The notes under the pieces were generated by a model that searched no databases, was not told the origin of the DNA, and saw nothing but the letters and a program-made list of their open reading frames with translations. Positions 37,039 to 46,054 of a DNA stretch of 64,000 nucleotides are shown one piece after another. The stretch lies in IMG/VR virus record IMGVR_UViG_3300033121_001080, positions 17,520-81,519 of that record; one strand, written 5' to 3'. This stretch comes from a virus (Duplodnaviria; Heunggongvirae; Uroviricota; Caudoviricetes). A program made the translations under genes and the position numbers. Position 1 is the stretch's first letter. The number at the start of each line of letters is the position of its first letter.

Positions 37039-37303
37039 TATTGACGATCCTATCTATGTAATCCTGTGGATTCTGACCAACGCCAATCTCAGTAATATTA
37101 ATGAATCCATTTTCTGCTGTAATTATAGAATCTTCTCTAGCAACTGAACCACCTTCAATTTGGCTTTTATTCTTTACAGATGTACCATCAGTGCCGCCAT
37201 TTGTAAATTTACGTTCATCTTCTTTTTCGTTACGTTCACGAATAGGTTCGACGCAAAATACTCTACCATTTGGATACTTTATAAAGTAACGACCAGTACT
37301 CAT
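37022..37303 (-). CDS. hypothetical protein
   Basis: 93 aa. Confidence 0.4.
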   Translation of the reverse strand: MSTGRYFIKYPNGRVFCVEPIRERNEKEDERKFTNGGTDGTSVKNKSQIEGGSVAREDSIITAENGFINITEIGVGQNPQDYIDRIVNNGTTM

Positions 37304-37304
37304 A

Positions 37305-37964
37305 TTATTCTTCTTTCGGTGCTAATTTATTCTTTCGAATATTATATTTAGTCCAATGTTCTGATTCTTCCAATGTCTTAATGAACTCTGGTCGAACTAA
37401 CTTACCCTTGAAATATCCGTTCTTGGCATATCGTTTGACGACCATTCCTTCTACAGTATCACCAAATGCCGACTTCGCTGGCATCTGTTTCAACAATTGA
37501 TCTTTTGTAAAAGAGCCTCTTGCAATCAATGGTACCATATGGAAACCATACTTCTCACAAAATTCTTTTCGATCATCATAATCTAACCAGTCACCATCTA
37601 TTCTAACATCGAATACTAGAAAGTAATCTGGAAGCTTATCGTAATAAATAGTGTGGACTGCGTACAACAATTCACCATACAATATTACATTATTCGTCGG
37701 TAAAGCCATTATTTTTTCGTAATTCTGTAGATGTGCCCAGTTATTAAAAAATCCGAACTGTTCGTGTTCGGATGGGCCAACCAATGAATTTCGTTTTTGC
37801 AAAGCGAATCCATGTTTATGTCGAACTATGCCGACATTGGCACCATCTAATTTTTCTTCAATCACGACTTCTCCAACCAGCAATCGCTTGATCGTTGTGT
37901 CGTCAAGATTATACTTGCTTGTAACTGGAAATACATGATATGTCTTTTCATATTTTCTAAACAT
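37305..37964 (-). CDS. ATP-dependent RNA ligase (Rnl2/RNA_ligase PF09414-like)
   Basis: 219 aa. Motif I EEKLDGANV, motif III ILYGELLYA, motif IV LVFDV, motif V VEGMVVKRY, motif VI KGKLVRPEF. Confidence 0.7.
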   Translation of the reverse strand: MFRKYEKTYHVFPVTSKYNLDDTTIKRLLVGEVVIEEKLDGANVGIVRHKHGFALQKRNSLVGPSEHEQFGFFNNWAHLQNYEKIMALPTNNVILYGELLYAVHTIYYDKLPDYFLVFDVRIDGDWLDYDDRKEFCEKYGFHMVPLIARGSFTKDQLLKQMPAKSAFGDTVEGMVVKRYAKNGYFKGKLVRPEFIKTLEESEHWTKYNIRKNKLAPKEE

Positions 37965-38182
37965 AGTAATAACCCATAGCCGCGTTTCTGTTTTATGTCA
38001 TCATCTATCTACAACTTGCGTTGTCTCTTACGAGTGCCCCTACCTGATCTGTTGGACGTTGACATTGATCGTTTTGGGTTGCACAGCATTTTCCATGTGG
38101 TTAGACGCCTATCGGCTCCCACATCATCGTCCGTCTGTGACGCGAACTTCCTCTAACTTTTCAGTCAGCGATGACTCGGTTA

Positions 38183-38485
38183 TTAATTGTATAGCTTAAA
38201 TTCCGAAAACTTTCTCGGCCATTCTTCTCTTGGACAAAATGCAATAGCAATTTCTTCGTTAAAAAATTTGTCCTCAGTCACAATTACATTATCTGGTACA
38301 TTCTTTGCTGTGTCAAAATCTTCTTTACTGACTTTACATACAACTTTAAACCAATCATGTTCATACCAGTGCTGCATTCGTGGATCGTCTTTGAATTTCT
38401 TATGGCATCCAATTGATGCATGAGCCACCGAAACCATCGCAACGCCTAGCGGAATATCGCTACGAACTAAGATGTACATTTTCAT
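38183..38485 (-). CDS. hypothetical protein
   Basis: 100 aa. Confidence 0.45.
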   Translation of the reverse strand: MKMYILVRSDIPLGVAMVSVAHASIGCHKKFKDDPRMQHWYEHDWFKVVCKVSKEDFDTAKNVPDNVIVTEDKFFNEEIAIAFCPREEWPRKFSEFKLYN

Positions 38486-38499
38486 ATTAAACCTTTCAG

Positions 38500-38573
38500 T
38501 GAGGGTTGAGGGATTTGAACCCCCGACTTTTTCTGTGTAAAAGAAACGCTCTAAACCCCTGAGCTAAACCCCC
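38500..38573 (-). tRNA. tRNA-Val (anticodon TAC)
   Basis: Acceptor GGGGGTT/AACCCTC. D-arm GCTC...GAGC. Anticodon stem TTTCT/AGAAA, loop TTTACAC. T-arm GGGGG-TTCAAAT-CCCTC. Confidence 0.8.
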
Positions 38574-38589
38574 GAATTATTAAACTATA

Positions 38590-38663
38590 CAGGACCGACG
38601 AGACTCGAACTCGCAACCTTCTCCGTGACGGGGAGTTGATCTAACCAATTGATCTACGGCCCT
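38590..38663 (-). tRNA. tRNA-Asp-like (anticodon GTC) with C33 and 27-43 mismatch
   Basis: Acceptor AGGGCCG/CGGTCCT. D-arm GATC...GATC. Anticodon stem ACTCC/GGAGA, loop CCGTCAC. T-arm GCGAG-TTCGAGT-CTCGT. Confidence 0.45.
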
Positions 38664-39003
38664 AAAATTCTTCTACAAACCCCTTGTATATTCCCAAAAT
38701 ATATGGTTCTACTTCTTTATATCTGTATTCATGATTTTCCATAGGAAATCGTCTAACCCATCGTCGAGGTTTAACAAATATATAATCCTCATATGGAGTC
38801 ATATTATAATCAATTTCATCATGCCCATCATCAAATCCAACAGTACCAATTGGAGTTGGAACTACATCAACTCCTTCACGTATACAATTTAAATGTTCTA
38901 TATTTGGAGAAGCGCATTGTATTCCTACGCAAACATATACATTTGGAACTGTCGGGTGTAACACATATGAATCCCATGCACACAATGTATCTTTAAATTT
39001 CAT
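38662..39003 (-). CDS. hypothetical protein
   Basis: 113 aa. Confidence 0.45.
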   Translation of the reverse strand: MKFKDTLCAWDSYVLHPTVPNVYVCVGIQCASPNIEHLNCIREGVDVVPTPIGTVGFDDGHDEIDYNMTPYEDYIFVKPRRWVRRFPMENHEYRYKEVEPYILGIYKGFVEEF

Positions 39004-39022
39004 TTTCTATCCTATCTGTGAG

Positions 39023-39096
39023 TGCATCATCTGAGAGTCGAACTCAGAACCTGTCGCTTAAGAGGCGAATGCTCTAACCAGTTGAGCTAATGATGC
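39023..39096 (-). tRNA. tRNA-Lys (anticodon CTT)
   Basis: Acceptor GCATCAT/ATGATGC. D-arm GCTC...GAGC. Anticodon stem TTCGC/GCGAC, loop CTCTTAA. T-arm CTGAG-TTCGACT-CTCAG. Confidence 0.7.
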
Positions 39097-39314
39097 ATAG
39101 AAACCAGAGTGTGTTGTTACACCAAAATTGTGTCGTGGAAAGCCGATCACGCGACTACTACATTCCGTTTCCTAGTAGTTTGGGTGTTTCCCATATAACG
39201 CGCCCCATTTCAGTTTAATCCGCCGCAGCGTCAAAGGCCACGAACGGTAGGGGTTCAACTCTTTAAATGATGGCTACTTCTAAGCCTACATTCTCTGTTT
39301 CTTTTTTACTAAAG

Positions 39315-39389
39315 GGTGAACGACGGGATTCGAACCCGCAAATATCGGATTCACAGTCCGACGCGATAAACCTTTACGCCACGATCACC
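39315..39389 (-). tRNA. tRNA-His (anticodon GTG) with G-1:C73
   Basis: 5' extra G pairs with C73. Acceptor GTGATCG/CGTTCAC. Anticodon stem TCGGA/TCCGA, loop CTGTGAA. T-arm GCGGG-TTCGAAT-CCCGT. Confidence 0.8.
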
Positions 39390-39398
39390 AAGGGTACT

Positions 39399-39689
39399 TC
39401 AATTATATATTTCAAACTCTTCGGATTTAACGATGAATCCAAAATCACCATCTATACTAAAAAAATAATATGTAAATTTTTGACCAGCAATTCCATTAAA
39501 TAGCACTAAAAATCTATCATCCAAATCAATTTCCCAGTCTACAACAGTATTCTTTTTTACCCAAGAAATAGCTGGTGATTTATCTACATATACAGGTTTT
39601 ACACATTTATCTATATCCATGCCACTTTTATCATACACTCTAACTGCTGGAAGTACCATTGTTCCGGATTTTATTGTTACTATATTCAT
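39399..39689 (-). CDS. hypothetical protein, paralog 1 of a tandem pair
   Basis: 96 aa. TMVLPAVRVYDKSGMDIDKC...LDDRFLVLF...YYFFSIDGDFGFIV. Confidence 0.5.
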   Translation of the reverse strand: MNIVTIKSGTMVLPAVRVYDKSGMDIDKCVKPVYVDKSPAISWVKKNTVVDWEIDLDDRFLVLFNGIAGQKFTYYFFSIDGDFGFIVKSEEFEIYN

Positions 39690-39707
39690 AGTAAGTGTTT
39701 CTGTTGT

Positions 39708-40004
39708 TTAAACAATTATATAATCTCTATCAACTATAAATCCAAAATCACCGTCTAATTGAAAAAAGTAATACACATCTTTTCCTAATTGTGACTTAAA
39801 CAAAACGGTGAATCTTTCATCTAGGTCAACCTGCCAATCTAAAGTAGCTGTTAACTGTAGCCATTCCGTACGTTTTGATCTATTTACATTGGCTGGTAGA
39901 ATACATCTATCTACATCAAACCCACTTCTATCGTGTACACGAATTGCTGGTAGTACCACAGTTCCACGCTTTATCGTTGCTGTATCCATAATTATTATTT
40001 TCAT
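39708..40004 (-). CDS. hypothetical protein, paralog 2 of a tandem pair
   Basis: About 98 aa from MKIIIMD.... GTVVLPAIRVHDRSGFDVDRC...LDERFTVLF...YYFFQLDGDFGFIV. The longer frame overlaps tRNA-Gly. Confidence 0.5.
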   Translation of the reverse strand: MKIIIMDTATIKRGTVVLPAIRVHDRSGFDVDRCILPANVNRSKRTEWLQLTATLDWQVDLDERFTVLFKSQLGKDVYYFFQLDGDFGFIVDRDYIIV

Positions 40005-40009
40005 TATGT

Positions 40010-40082
40010 AAGCGGACAGCGGGATTTGAACCCGCGACATCTACTTTGGCAAAGTAGCATTCTAGCCACTGAATTATGCCCG
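40010..40082 (-). tRNA. tRNA-Gly (anticodon GCC)
   Basis: Acceptor GCGGGCA/TGTCCGC. Anticodon stem CTACT/AGTAG, loop TTGCCAA. T-arm GCGGG-TTCAAAT-CCCGC. Confidence 0.8.
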
Positions 40083-40340
40083 CATTGTTGGGAGCGTTCT
40101 ATCCAATTGAACTATCTACCAGCTTGTGGCCGATAACGGGGATTCGAACCCCAATTTCCCCCTGTACATGTGGGACGCTCTCTCCGATGAGCTACATTAG
40201 TTTTCGTCTCACGACGGAATCTACGGAGGGAATTGAACCCCCTGCCTTCCCAGTTTAAACACGAGTGGCGCTCTAGCCTATTGAGCTACAAATTAATTTG
40301 CATTAATCTGGAGGGATTCGAACCGACAACCTCCACTCTT
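40083..40340 (-). pseudogene. cluster of degenerate tRNA fragments (>=4 partial tRNA-like units)
   Basis: Contains D-arm-only, T-arm-only and non-pairing acceptor pieces, e.g. GCTGGTAGATAGTTCAATTGGATAGAAC, GGGG-TTCGAAT-CCCC, GGGGG-TTCAATT-CCCTC and GGAGG...TTCGAAT...CCTCC. None folds into a complete cloverleaf. Confidence 0.45.
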
Positions 40341-40359
40341 CTCTATAATACTACACCAC

Positions 40360-40620
40360 TTACTTCTTGTCAAGTGGTTTCTTTTTCTTCAACAAAAGTT
40401 CATCAAGCTGTTTTAATGATTGACGTTCTTGTTGTTTCTTTTCCCACTTACGTTGGTCCTTAAATGTCTTACCCATACATTGCCTTTTTGTAAACGGACA
40501 CTCGTGATAAAGAGTGGTGTTGTTTTCCAGATTACTCGGTGCCGCTCCCTTTATTGGAGAAGATTCCGTTTTGTGGTGGAACGTTGTAATTGCTGGAGAA
40601 TTACACACATGTCGTAGCAT
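40360..40620 (-). CDS. hypothetical small basic protein (doubtful)
   Basis: 86-aa ORF ending with ...KKKKPLDKK. A shorter 38-aa version from MGKTF... is possible. Confidence 0.25.
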   Translation of the reverse strand: MLRHVCNSPAITTFHHKTESSPIKGAAPSNLENNTTLYHECPFTKRQCMGKTFKDQRKWEKKQQERQSLKQLDELLLKKKKPLDKK

Positions 40621-40652
40621 ATACGCTCATGTATCGCCTGATTACGTTCCAG

Positions 40653-40726
40653 TGCGCGTGAGAGGAGTCGAACCTCCAACCTTATCCTTCGCAGGGATAT
40701 GCTCTATCCAGTTGAGCTACATGCGC
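40653..40726 (-). tRNA. tRNA-Arg (anticodon read as GCG, unusual)
   Basis: Acceptor GCGCATG/CACGCGC (one mismatch). D-arm GCTC...GAGC. Anticodon stem TATCC/GGATA, loop CTGCGAA. T-arm GGAGG-TTCGACT-CCTCT. Confidence 0.6.
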
Positions 40727-40727
40727 G

Positions 40728-41393
40728 TTATTCATCATCTATTTCTATATCAAAATCTTCTTCGTCGATCATTTCACCCAATTTATTCTTCATGTAGATA
40801 GATAGTCTGCCATATCCACTACCAGAATACATGCTTTGACTTTTTGCCTTTGACACTTTGACCCACAAATTATCACGGTTAATTCTTGCCCGCATTTCGC
40901 CAAGCAAAGATTCCACTTCTGCGTCTGGAATCCAGTGCTGCGTCACAATATTTGGTTCAATTGCGTAAACGTAATAAAAATCGTTTCGTACAGCAAATTC
41001 ACGAATGATCTTTTTAGAATACTTTTCAAATCTATATACTTCGCCGAAGTATGATTTCAACTTCTCAGTCAACTTGTCATATTTTTCAACAGAGATATGC
41101 TTAAGTCTCTGTGGCATATTTTCCCACTGACCAGTTTTCCAATTTTTAAACTTGAAGTCTTGACGGCGAGAATATTTGGTAACATTCACCATATCCAACA
41201 CCTGTCGCATATACGCCGCGTCACTTCTATTCTTTGCATCATCTCGCAATTCAAACTTGCGAATCCATCCCTGCTGGTAGGGTTCTACGTCAACCCATGT
41301 TCCAGAATCTTTTCTGCTTCTCCACAATTCATCATACTTGTCGAAGAAGCGAATCAACTCTTTTTCTTTTTCGTCACGATGATTGCGGAACAC
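40728..41393 (-). CDS. hypothetical protein
   Basis: 221 aa, acidic C-terminus. Confidence 0.5.
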   Translation of the reverse strand: MFRNHRDEKEKELIRFFDKYDELWRSRKDSGTWVDVEPYQQGWIRKFELRDDAKNRSDAAYMRQVLDMVNVTKYSRRQDFKFKNWKTGQWENMPQRLKHISVEKYDKLTEKLKSYFGEVYRFEKYSKKIIREFAVRNDFYYVYAIEPNIVTQHWIPDAEVESLLGEMRARINRDNLWVKVSKAKSQSMYSGSGYGRLSIYMKNKLGEMIDEEDFDIEIDDE

Positions 41394-41395
41394 AA

Positions 41396-41485
41396 TTAAC
41401 CTCTCTGTTTGCGTCTATTCTGACGCGCAAGACGTTTCTTAGAACCCATTTTTCTACGTCCACGATGTTTCTTTGGGTATGCCAT
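41396..41485 (-). CDS. tiny Arg/Lys-rich protein (29 aa)
   Basis: MAYPKKHRGRRKMGSKKRLARQNRRKQRG. Below the ORF-track cutoff, found by manual translation. Confidence 0.3.
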   Translation of the reverse strand: MAYPKKHRGRRKMGSKKRLARQNRRKQRG

Positions 41486-41509
41486 ATTATCCGTCCTCTT
41501 TAATTTAAG

Positions 41510-41583
41510 ATCCCCGAGTGGGACTCGAACCCACGATTAGAAGTTTAACAGACTTCCGCTGTCGCCGCTGTAGCCATCGAGGA
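41510..41583 (-). tRNA. tRNA-Asn (anticodon GTT)
   Basis: Acceptor TCCTCGA/TCGGGGA. Anticodon stem GAAGT/ACTTC, loop CTGTTAA. T-arm GTGGG-TTCGAGT-CCCAC. Confidence 0.75.
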
Positions 41584-41618
41584 ATATAAAGCGCAAGCAT
41601 TGATACTCTAACATCTAA

Positions 41619-42242
41619 TCACGCGCTTTTTACTAATTTATATCTTTTAGCCCATTTACGGACGGCATTATCACTTACTCCAAATTGTCTACCTAACTCA
41701 GACCAATTATGTTTTTCTATAAGTAATTGCAATTCTTCTTTTGTTGGACGTTGTACTTTTCTTCTATTTAATTTATCTTTATATCGCCAATTTTTATTTT
41801 TATCATACTTGTAAGATGTTGGTCTACATTCTTCTGAGCAGTATCGTTTTTGTTTATTAAATGTTTTTAAGCTGTTTTTGCAAGTCTTACATTTTCTATC
41901 TAATGCTGGAGTTCTATATGGTTCTGTTTTTATTTGCTCATATTTAACATCAAATGTAGAATCAAATACTGCTTGTATTAATCCAGCTTCAATTTCTCTA
42001 TGACAATTTGCACAAACTAATATACATTTTTTTAATTCTTCTACAATTATGTTCCACGTTGTTGGGTTGGCTCGAATTTTTCCAAATCCAAATTTTTTTT
42101 GTTCTGGATTTAAATGATGAAATTCTAATGCTTCATTACATTTATTATAACCACAACAAATACATTTGCCACCCATGGCGTTAACCATATAAGATTTTGT
42201 ATCTTTTCTCCATTTTTTAACTCTATCAGACGATATACTCAT
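41619..42242 (-). CDS. HNH homing endonuclease with C-terminal DNA-binding region
   Basis: 207 aa. CICCGYNKC...EFHHLNPEQK...CANCH. C-terminal GRQFGVSDNAVRKWAK. Confidence 0.8.
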   Translation of the reverse strand: MSISSDRVKKWRKDTKSYMVNAMGGKCICCGYNKCNEALEFHHLNPEQKKFGFGKIRANPTTWNIIVEELKKCILVCANCHREIEAGLIQAVFDSTFDVKYEQIKTEPYRTPALDRKCKTCKNSLKTFNKQKRYCSEECRPTSYKYDKNKNWRYKDKLNRRKVQRPTKEELQLLIEKHNWSELGRQFGVSDNAVRKWAKRYKLVKSA

Positions 42243-42317
42243 ATGTATCTCCTTTACATATAAGTAGTTCGTATGTGTAACAAAACATGTTACTGTTTTT
42301 TATCAACGTTCGAACTG

Positions 42318-42395
42318 GACCATCTGGACTCGAACCAGAATACGAGAATTTTATTCTCTGCCATATTAACAGTATGGGAGCTTGCCTATTAGCCT
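42318..42395 (-). tRNA. tRNA-like pseudogene
   Basis: T-arm TCTGG-TTCGAGT-CCAGA and a D-arm-like segment. The anticodon region is a perfect GAGAAT-AAA-ATTCTC hairpin. The acceptor does not pair. Confidence 0.3.
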
Positions 42396-42412
42396 ATAGT
42401 CCAAATTATTAT

Positions 42413-42976
42413 TTATCTACAATAAGTTTCTGTTTGACTATGACAATTAGAACATAAAAATCTAAGATTTTCTATTCTATTGTCAACATTATTTCCATTA
42501 ATATGATCTAATTCAAGTGTTATTTTTTTATTATTCCATTTATTTTTTACTTTTTTACAACATTCACATTCATATTTTTTATATTTTAATAATCTTTTTT
42601 TAGTAATATGATTTGATCTACGTCCAATAATAAAATATTCATCGTCAGATTTATGTTTATTTCGTTCACGAAAAACATTTTTGAAATGTGATGTATCTAT
42701 TTTTAATTCATTTATCCAATATTTTATTTTATTAAAATTATATTGAGAATTCTTTAATCCACATAATACTAAAACATCTGTTTTACACTGTGCTTGTTCT
42801 ACTGCTCTTAGTAAGACATAAACGTATTCTCCAGCTACTTCCCAATATTCTAAATCTCTTGGAGAAGTTAATTTATCTATCAAATGATCACAGTTAAAAT
42901 TCCATTGATAGTTTGGAAGCTTTTTCGTTAAATAACGCAACCTAATTTTTTGTTCATCTGATAAAACATTCATCAT
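42413..42976 (-). CDS. HNH endonuclease
   Basis: 187 aa. CECCKK...LELDHINGNNVDNR...CSNCH. Confidence 0.75.
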   Translation of the reverse strand: MMNVLSDEQKIRLRYLTKKLPNYQWNFNCDHLIDKLTSPRDLEYWEVAGEYVYVLLRAVEQAQCKTDVLVLCGLKNSQYNFNKIKYWINELKIDTSHFKNVFRERNKHKSDDEYFIIGRRSNHITKKRLLKYKKYECECCKKVKNKWNNKKITLELDHINGNNVDNRIENLRFLCSNCHSQTETYCR

Positions 42977-43217
42977 AATAATTTATAATAAGTTGATTTG
43001 GTGGACCGAGAGGGAACCGGAAGCTTTCCCTTCCACACGGCCAAAATTTGAAATCCTACTAAAGACGATGTTATGAATAACTATCGTCTTTCGCAGCGGG
43101 GACTTTCACCCCTCTAACCATCTGCGTCCATGGTTTTTTGACATTCCCTCCTGATACACACGGAGTAACCCAAAATCTTTCAAAAATTTGCCGTCGCACA
43201 ATCCTATGCTCAAGGCC

Positions 43218-43246
43218 CATAATAACTACTTTGTTTCGTTTGTCAA
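43218..43246 (-). promoter_or_regulatory. sigma70-like promoter (minus strand) TTGACA-N17-ATTATG
   Basis: Reverse complement reads TTGACAaacgaaacaaagtagttATTATG. Its -10 is weaker than in the other copies. Confidence 0.4.
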
Positions 43247-43261
43247 TAGTTGCGCTAACGG

Positions 43262-43338
43262 GATTCGAACCCGCATCTCTTTAGAGGCCGTTGTTCGACG
43301 TAAAGTGACTTGACCAAGTTATGTTAGCCCATAGCCCA
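43262..43338 (-). tRNA. tRNA-like pseudogene
   Basis: T-arm GCGGG-TTCGAAT-CCCGT, flanked by a 6-bp acceptor-like GCTAAC/GTTAGC. No canonical anticodon arm. Confidence 0.3.
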
Positions 43339-43533
43339 ATGTTAAACGACTCGGATTACTTTTCGGCATGTGTCCCGATTAGTTCTGTATGCACATCGTT
43401 TGTTATTTAAGTAGAAGCAACATACTGAAAGTAGTTGCGACACGCATTGACCCGTTTAAGGAGTTTCAGTGGCCTCATTCGTTAATCAAAGAGTATCATC
43501 TCCGAGATGCATCTCAGTTTGACTTCTACTTAG

Positions 43534-43608
43534 CTGTCCGAGTAGGATTCGAACCTACAAAACTTCGGGTTCAAAGCCCGAGGAGTCTGCCAATTCCTCA
43601 ATCGAACA
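43534..43608 (-). tRNA. tRNA-Gln (anticodon TTG), second copy
   Basis: U1-A72 acceptor TGTTCGA/TCGGACA. Anticodon stem TCGGG/CCCGA, loop CTTTGAA. T-arm GTAGG-TTCGAAT-CCTAC. Confidence 0.6.
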
Positions 43609-43772
43609 AGGTGATACTTCATTCCTGCTTTTCGTGCGGACCCGTTTCTCAGTGAGTGGAAATTCTCCCCACACGGGTCAACATGGGTTTAGTATCGATT
43701 TATAAATTGCGGTTCCCATCATAGTGACTAGCTACAATGTTAGGTTGTCATCCTAGAACCGTCTGTTATGTA

Positions 43773-43859
43773 TGGCGTCGGATGGATTCGAACCACCAAT
43801 GTCTACGGAGTAGATTCTGATCTACAGTCAGATGCCTTCAACCTTTCAGCCACGCCGCC
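43773..43859 (-). tRNA. tRNA-Tyr (anticodon GTA)
   Basis: Acceptor GGCGGCG/CGACGCC. Anticodon stem TCTGA/TCAGA, loop CTGTAGA. Long variable hairpin. T-arm GGTGG-TTCGAAT-CCATC. Confidence 0.8.
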
Positions 43860-43988
43860 AATTGTAACGTTATCTGATATTCTTTCGGGCTATGTCTAGC
43901 TCATACCCTCAGATAGCAACTTTTCAGAACTAAGAATGTGGTTTTCTCTCCACATTGCAGACCGTACTAAGTACACGTTACATGCTCA

Positions 43989-44060
43989 AGCTACAGGTGG
44001 GAATTGAACCCACAACCTATCGCTTACAAGGCGATTGCACTGCCGTTGTGCTACTGTAGC
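43989..44060 (-). tRNA. tRNA-Thr (anticodon TGT)
   Basis: Perfect acceptor GCTACAG/CTGTAGC. Anticodon stem ATCGC/GCGAT, loop CTTGTAA. T-arm GTGGG-TTCAATT-CCCAC. Confidence 0.8.
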
Positions 44061-44071
44061 ATTGTACTTCA

Positions 44072-44153
44072 CGGAAGCTGAGAGATTCGAACTCTCGGTG
44101 GTGTGACCACTTTAGTTTTCAAGACTAACGCCTTAATCCTCTCGGCCAAACTT
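44072..44153 (-). tRNA. tRNA-Ser (anticodon TGA)
   Basis: Acceptor GGAAGTT/AGCTTCC. D-arm GCCGAGAGGATTAAGGC. Anticodon stem TTAGT/ACTAA, loop CTTGAAA. Long variable hairpin. T-arm GAGAG-TTCGAAT-CTCTC. Confidence 0.8.
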
Positions 44154-44214
44154 CCAATGTATGCTTCTGAGATCCTTGGCATACGCAAGTGGGAAATTAG
44201 ATTTTACTCTAGTC

Positions 44215-44330
44215 ATCTCATATCATTATGGACGTAGGGGGAATCGAACCCACCATATCCGGGTACCCGGAGCCCCAGTTAGCCCAAGGAATGGACTATA
44301 CGAGAATCGAACTCGCGTTATGAACCAGTC
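44215..44330 (-). pseudogene. two adjacent tRNA-like remnants
   Basis: T-arm-like GTGGG-TTCGATT-CCCCC and GCGAG-TTCGATT-CTCGT with partial 3' acceptors. A palindromic CCGGGTACCCGG core. The 5' halves are missing. Confidence 0.35.
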
Positions 44331-44531
44331 ACGCCCATTAAACTGAAGTAAAATAGAAAGAAACTATTCATTTGAAACAAGGACTCGTTTATGCGAGTTG
44401 CAGTTCCTCATTCCTTTGCCTTTGCAAGAGGCCGTATCCATGGGTGTTTATAGTCAGTCGCCGTTGCGCGGAAACCGATCTATGTAACGTTTCGAAAAAC
44501 CCCCACCAAAATTCGTCTTTCTATTTTACAG

Positions 44532-44609
44532 TCGAGATGGCAGGATTTGAACCTGCGATATTTCCTGCTCCCAAAGCAGGCGCCGTAGACCAAGCTGGGC
44601 CACATCTCG
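44532..44609 (-). tRNA. tRNA-Pro (anticodon TGG)
   Basis: Perfect acceptor CGAGATG/CATCTCG. Anticodon stem CCTGC/GCAGG, loop TTTGGGA. T-arm GCAGG-TTCAAAT-CCTGC. Confidence 0.8.
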
Positions 44610-44682
44610 TAAATTACAGCAATTTCATCACGCAGTTTACTGTACAAATTTCTGCGGTCCTTTCGGACTATGTTTCTTCAAC

Positions 44683-44844
44683 TTACGTTTCTTTAGATCC
44701 CGTTGCATCCATTTCACGGATTGTAACAGTTTTTCGAATAACTTCTTGTCCATCTGTATCTCCTCTGGTCATAATGACCCATTCGGGATATCCACCAATA
44801 GAAGCACCTAATTCTCGTTTTGTTGCGCGGCGTTCGTTTGTCAT
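44683..44844 (-). CDS. small hypothetical protein (53 aa)
   Basis: MTNERRATKRELGASIGGYPEWVIMTRGDTDGQEVIRKTVTIREMDATGSKET. ATG about 7 bp downstream of a TAGATT -10. Found by manual translation. Confidence 0.4.
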   Translation of the reverse strand: MTNERRATKRELGASIGGYPEWVIMTRGDTDGQEVIRKTVTIREMDATGSKET

Positions 44845-44850
44845 GTAGCT

Positions 44851-44879
44851 AATCTATACTACCTTGTTTTGTTTGTCAA
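44851..44879 (-). promoter_or_regulatory. sigma70-like promoter (minus strand) TTGACA-N17-TAGATT
   Basis: Reverse complement reads TTGACAaacaaaacaaggtagtaTAGATT. Confidence 0.6.
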
Positions 44880-44888
44880 CCCCCAAAG

Positions 44889-44913
44889 TAAAAATCCCAC
44901 TTTTTGGGTGGGA
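44889..44913 (-). terminator. rho-independent terminator (minus strand)
   Basis: Stem TCCCAC/GTGGGA with TTTTT on the transcribed strand. Follows a small (~46 aa) minus-strand ORF at ~44.95-45.09 kb. Confidence 0.55.
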
Positions 44914-45143
44914 TTGAATATTGGTAAAGCTGCCTAGGAATTCAATCCCGTTAAGTTGTTTTAATCGTAATACCTGTTACTTGAAAATGACGCTTATTAT
45001 CTGACCACAATGAAGCTTCCGGCTGACTATACGCATAGCCGCCTGCATTATTGAGTTTCATTGGTGTTCCTGCGATAATTGTATCAATCATAGTAATTCC
45101 TATTGTAGCCGCTATGGCTATTTTATATAAGTATAACGGTAAA

Positions 45144-45881
45144 TCAGTTTTCTTTCACAAATCTATTATCTTTTATGGATCTAATAGATTTTGGATCAAT
45201 TTTATGCTTTTTAAGATGCTTCCGTACTGCGTTATCACAAACTCCGAGTTCCATCGAAACCTGTAGATAACTGGAGTTTTTGATTTTTTCAATTAAATCA
45301 TTAATTGATGGCCAGTTTACTTTAATTCTAGCTGTTCCGGCACATTTATTTGAACAATATAGTTGATTGTCACTTTTCAATGAAGTAAATTGTTTTTTAC
45401 ATATCAAACAATCTTTATTTTCTTGAAAATTTACATCTAAACTTTCTTCGTCAAATCTACGTTGTATTCTTTCTTGATAATGAATTTCTCTATGACAATT
45501 TGAACATAATAATTGACATTTTTTAAGTTCAATAACTAATCGATCCCACGAAATGCAATAAGCGTCTGCAATTCCAAATTCTTTTTGAGTCGGATCTAGA
45601 TGGTGAAAATCAAATGCGTCTGGACATTTATTATATCCACACAACGTACATTTTCCACCTAAAAATTCTATTGCTCGTTTTTTTACATTCCATATACGTC
45701 TATTAGTAACGCATATTTTACACATTAATGCAGATTTTCCATGTGCAGCAGGAATAAACTTTTTTCCACATTTGCAAATCATGATAACTCCTTGGTTATC
45801 TATAAGTATCATGATTTGAACCAAAACCGTCAAAGTAGTCCCGCTGAGATTTGAACTCAGAACCTTCGGTATATCTACCAC
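45144..45881 (-). CDS. HNH homing endonuclease with C-terminal HTH-like region
   Basis: 245 aa. CKCGKK, CTLCGYNKC...DFHHLDPTQK...CSNCH. C-terminal LGVCDNAVRKHLKK is similar to the 41619 gene. Confidence 0.8.
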   Translation of the reverse strand: MVDIPKVLSSNLSGTTLTVLVQIMILIDNQGVIMICKCGKKFIPAAHGKSALMCKICVTNRRIWNVKKRAIEFLGGKCTLCGYNKCPDAFDFHHLDPTQKEFGIADAYCISWDRLVIELKKCQLLCSNCHREIHYQERIQRRFDEESLDVNFQENKDCLICKKQFTSLKSDNQLYCSNKCAGTARIKVNWPSINDLIEKIKNSSYLQVSMELGVCDNAVRKHLKKHKIDPKSIRSIKDNRFVKEN

Positions 45882-45905
45882 TATAGCTTTCGCTACCTAT
45901 TTCTA
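45843..45905 (-). pseudogene. truncated tRNA fragment
   Basis: T-arm CTGAG-TTCAAAT-CTCAG and D-like segments. Only about 63 nt, with no anticodon arm. Confidence 0.3.
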
Positions 45906-46054
45906 GTTTGGTGGTCTGGACTTTATCTTTACCATGAGTAATTTCTTACTGTTAGGTAGCTCCTGTTAAGTCTCTACACCTTCCTCTTTTAGAGGCTTGG
46001 CTCGGTATTGCCATTTTAAAGGTTTCACCGAATTTAAGAGCATCTACGTTATTC

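Noticed and set aside
44372-44848. 158-aa plus-strand ORF
   Set aside because: It spans tRNA-Pro and a short minus-strand gene with promoter and RBS. Spurious.
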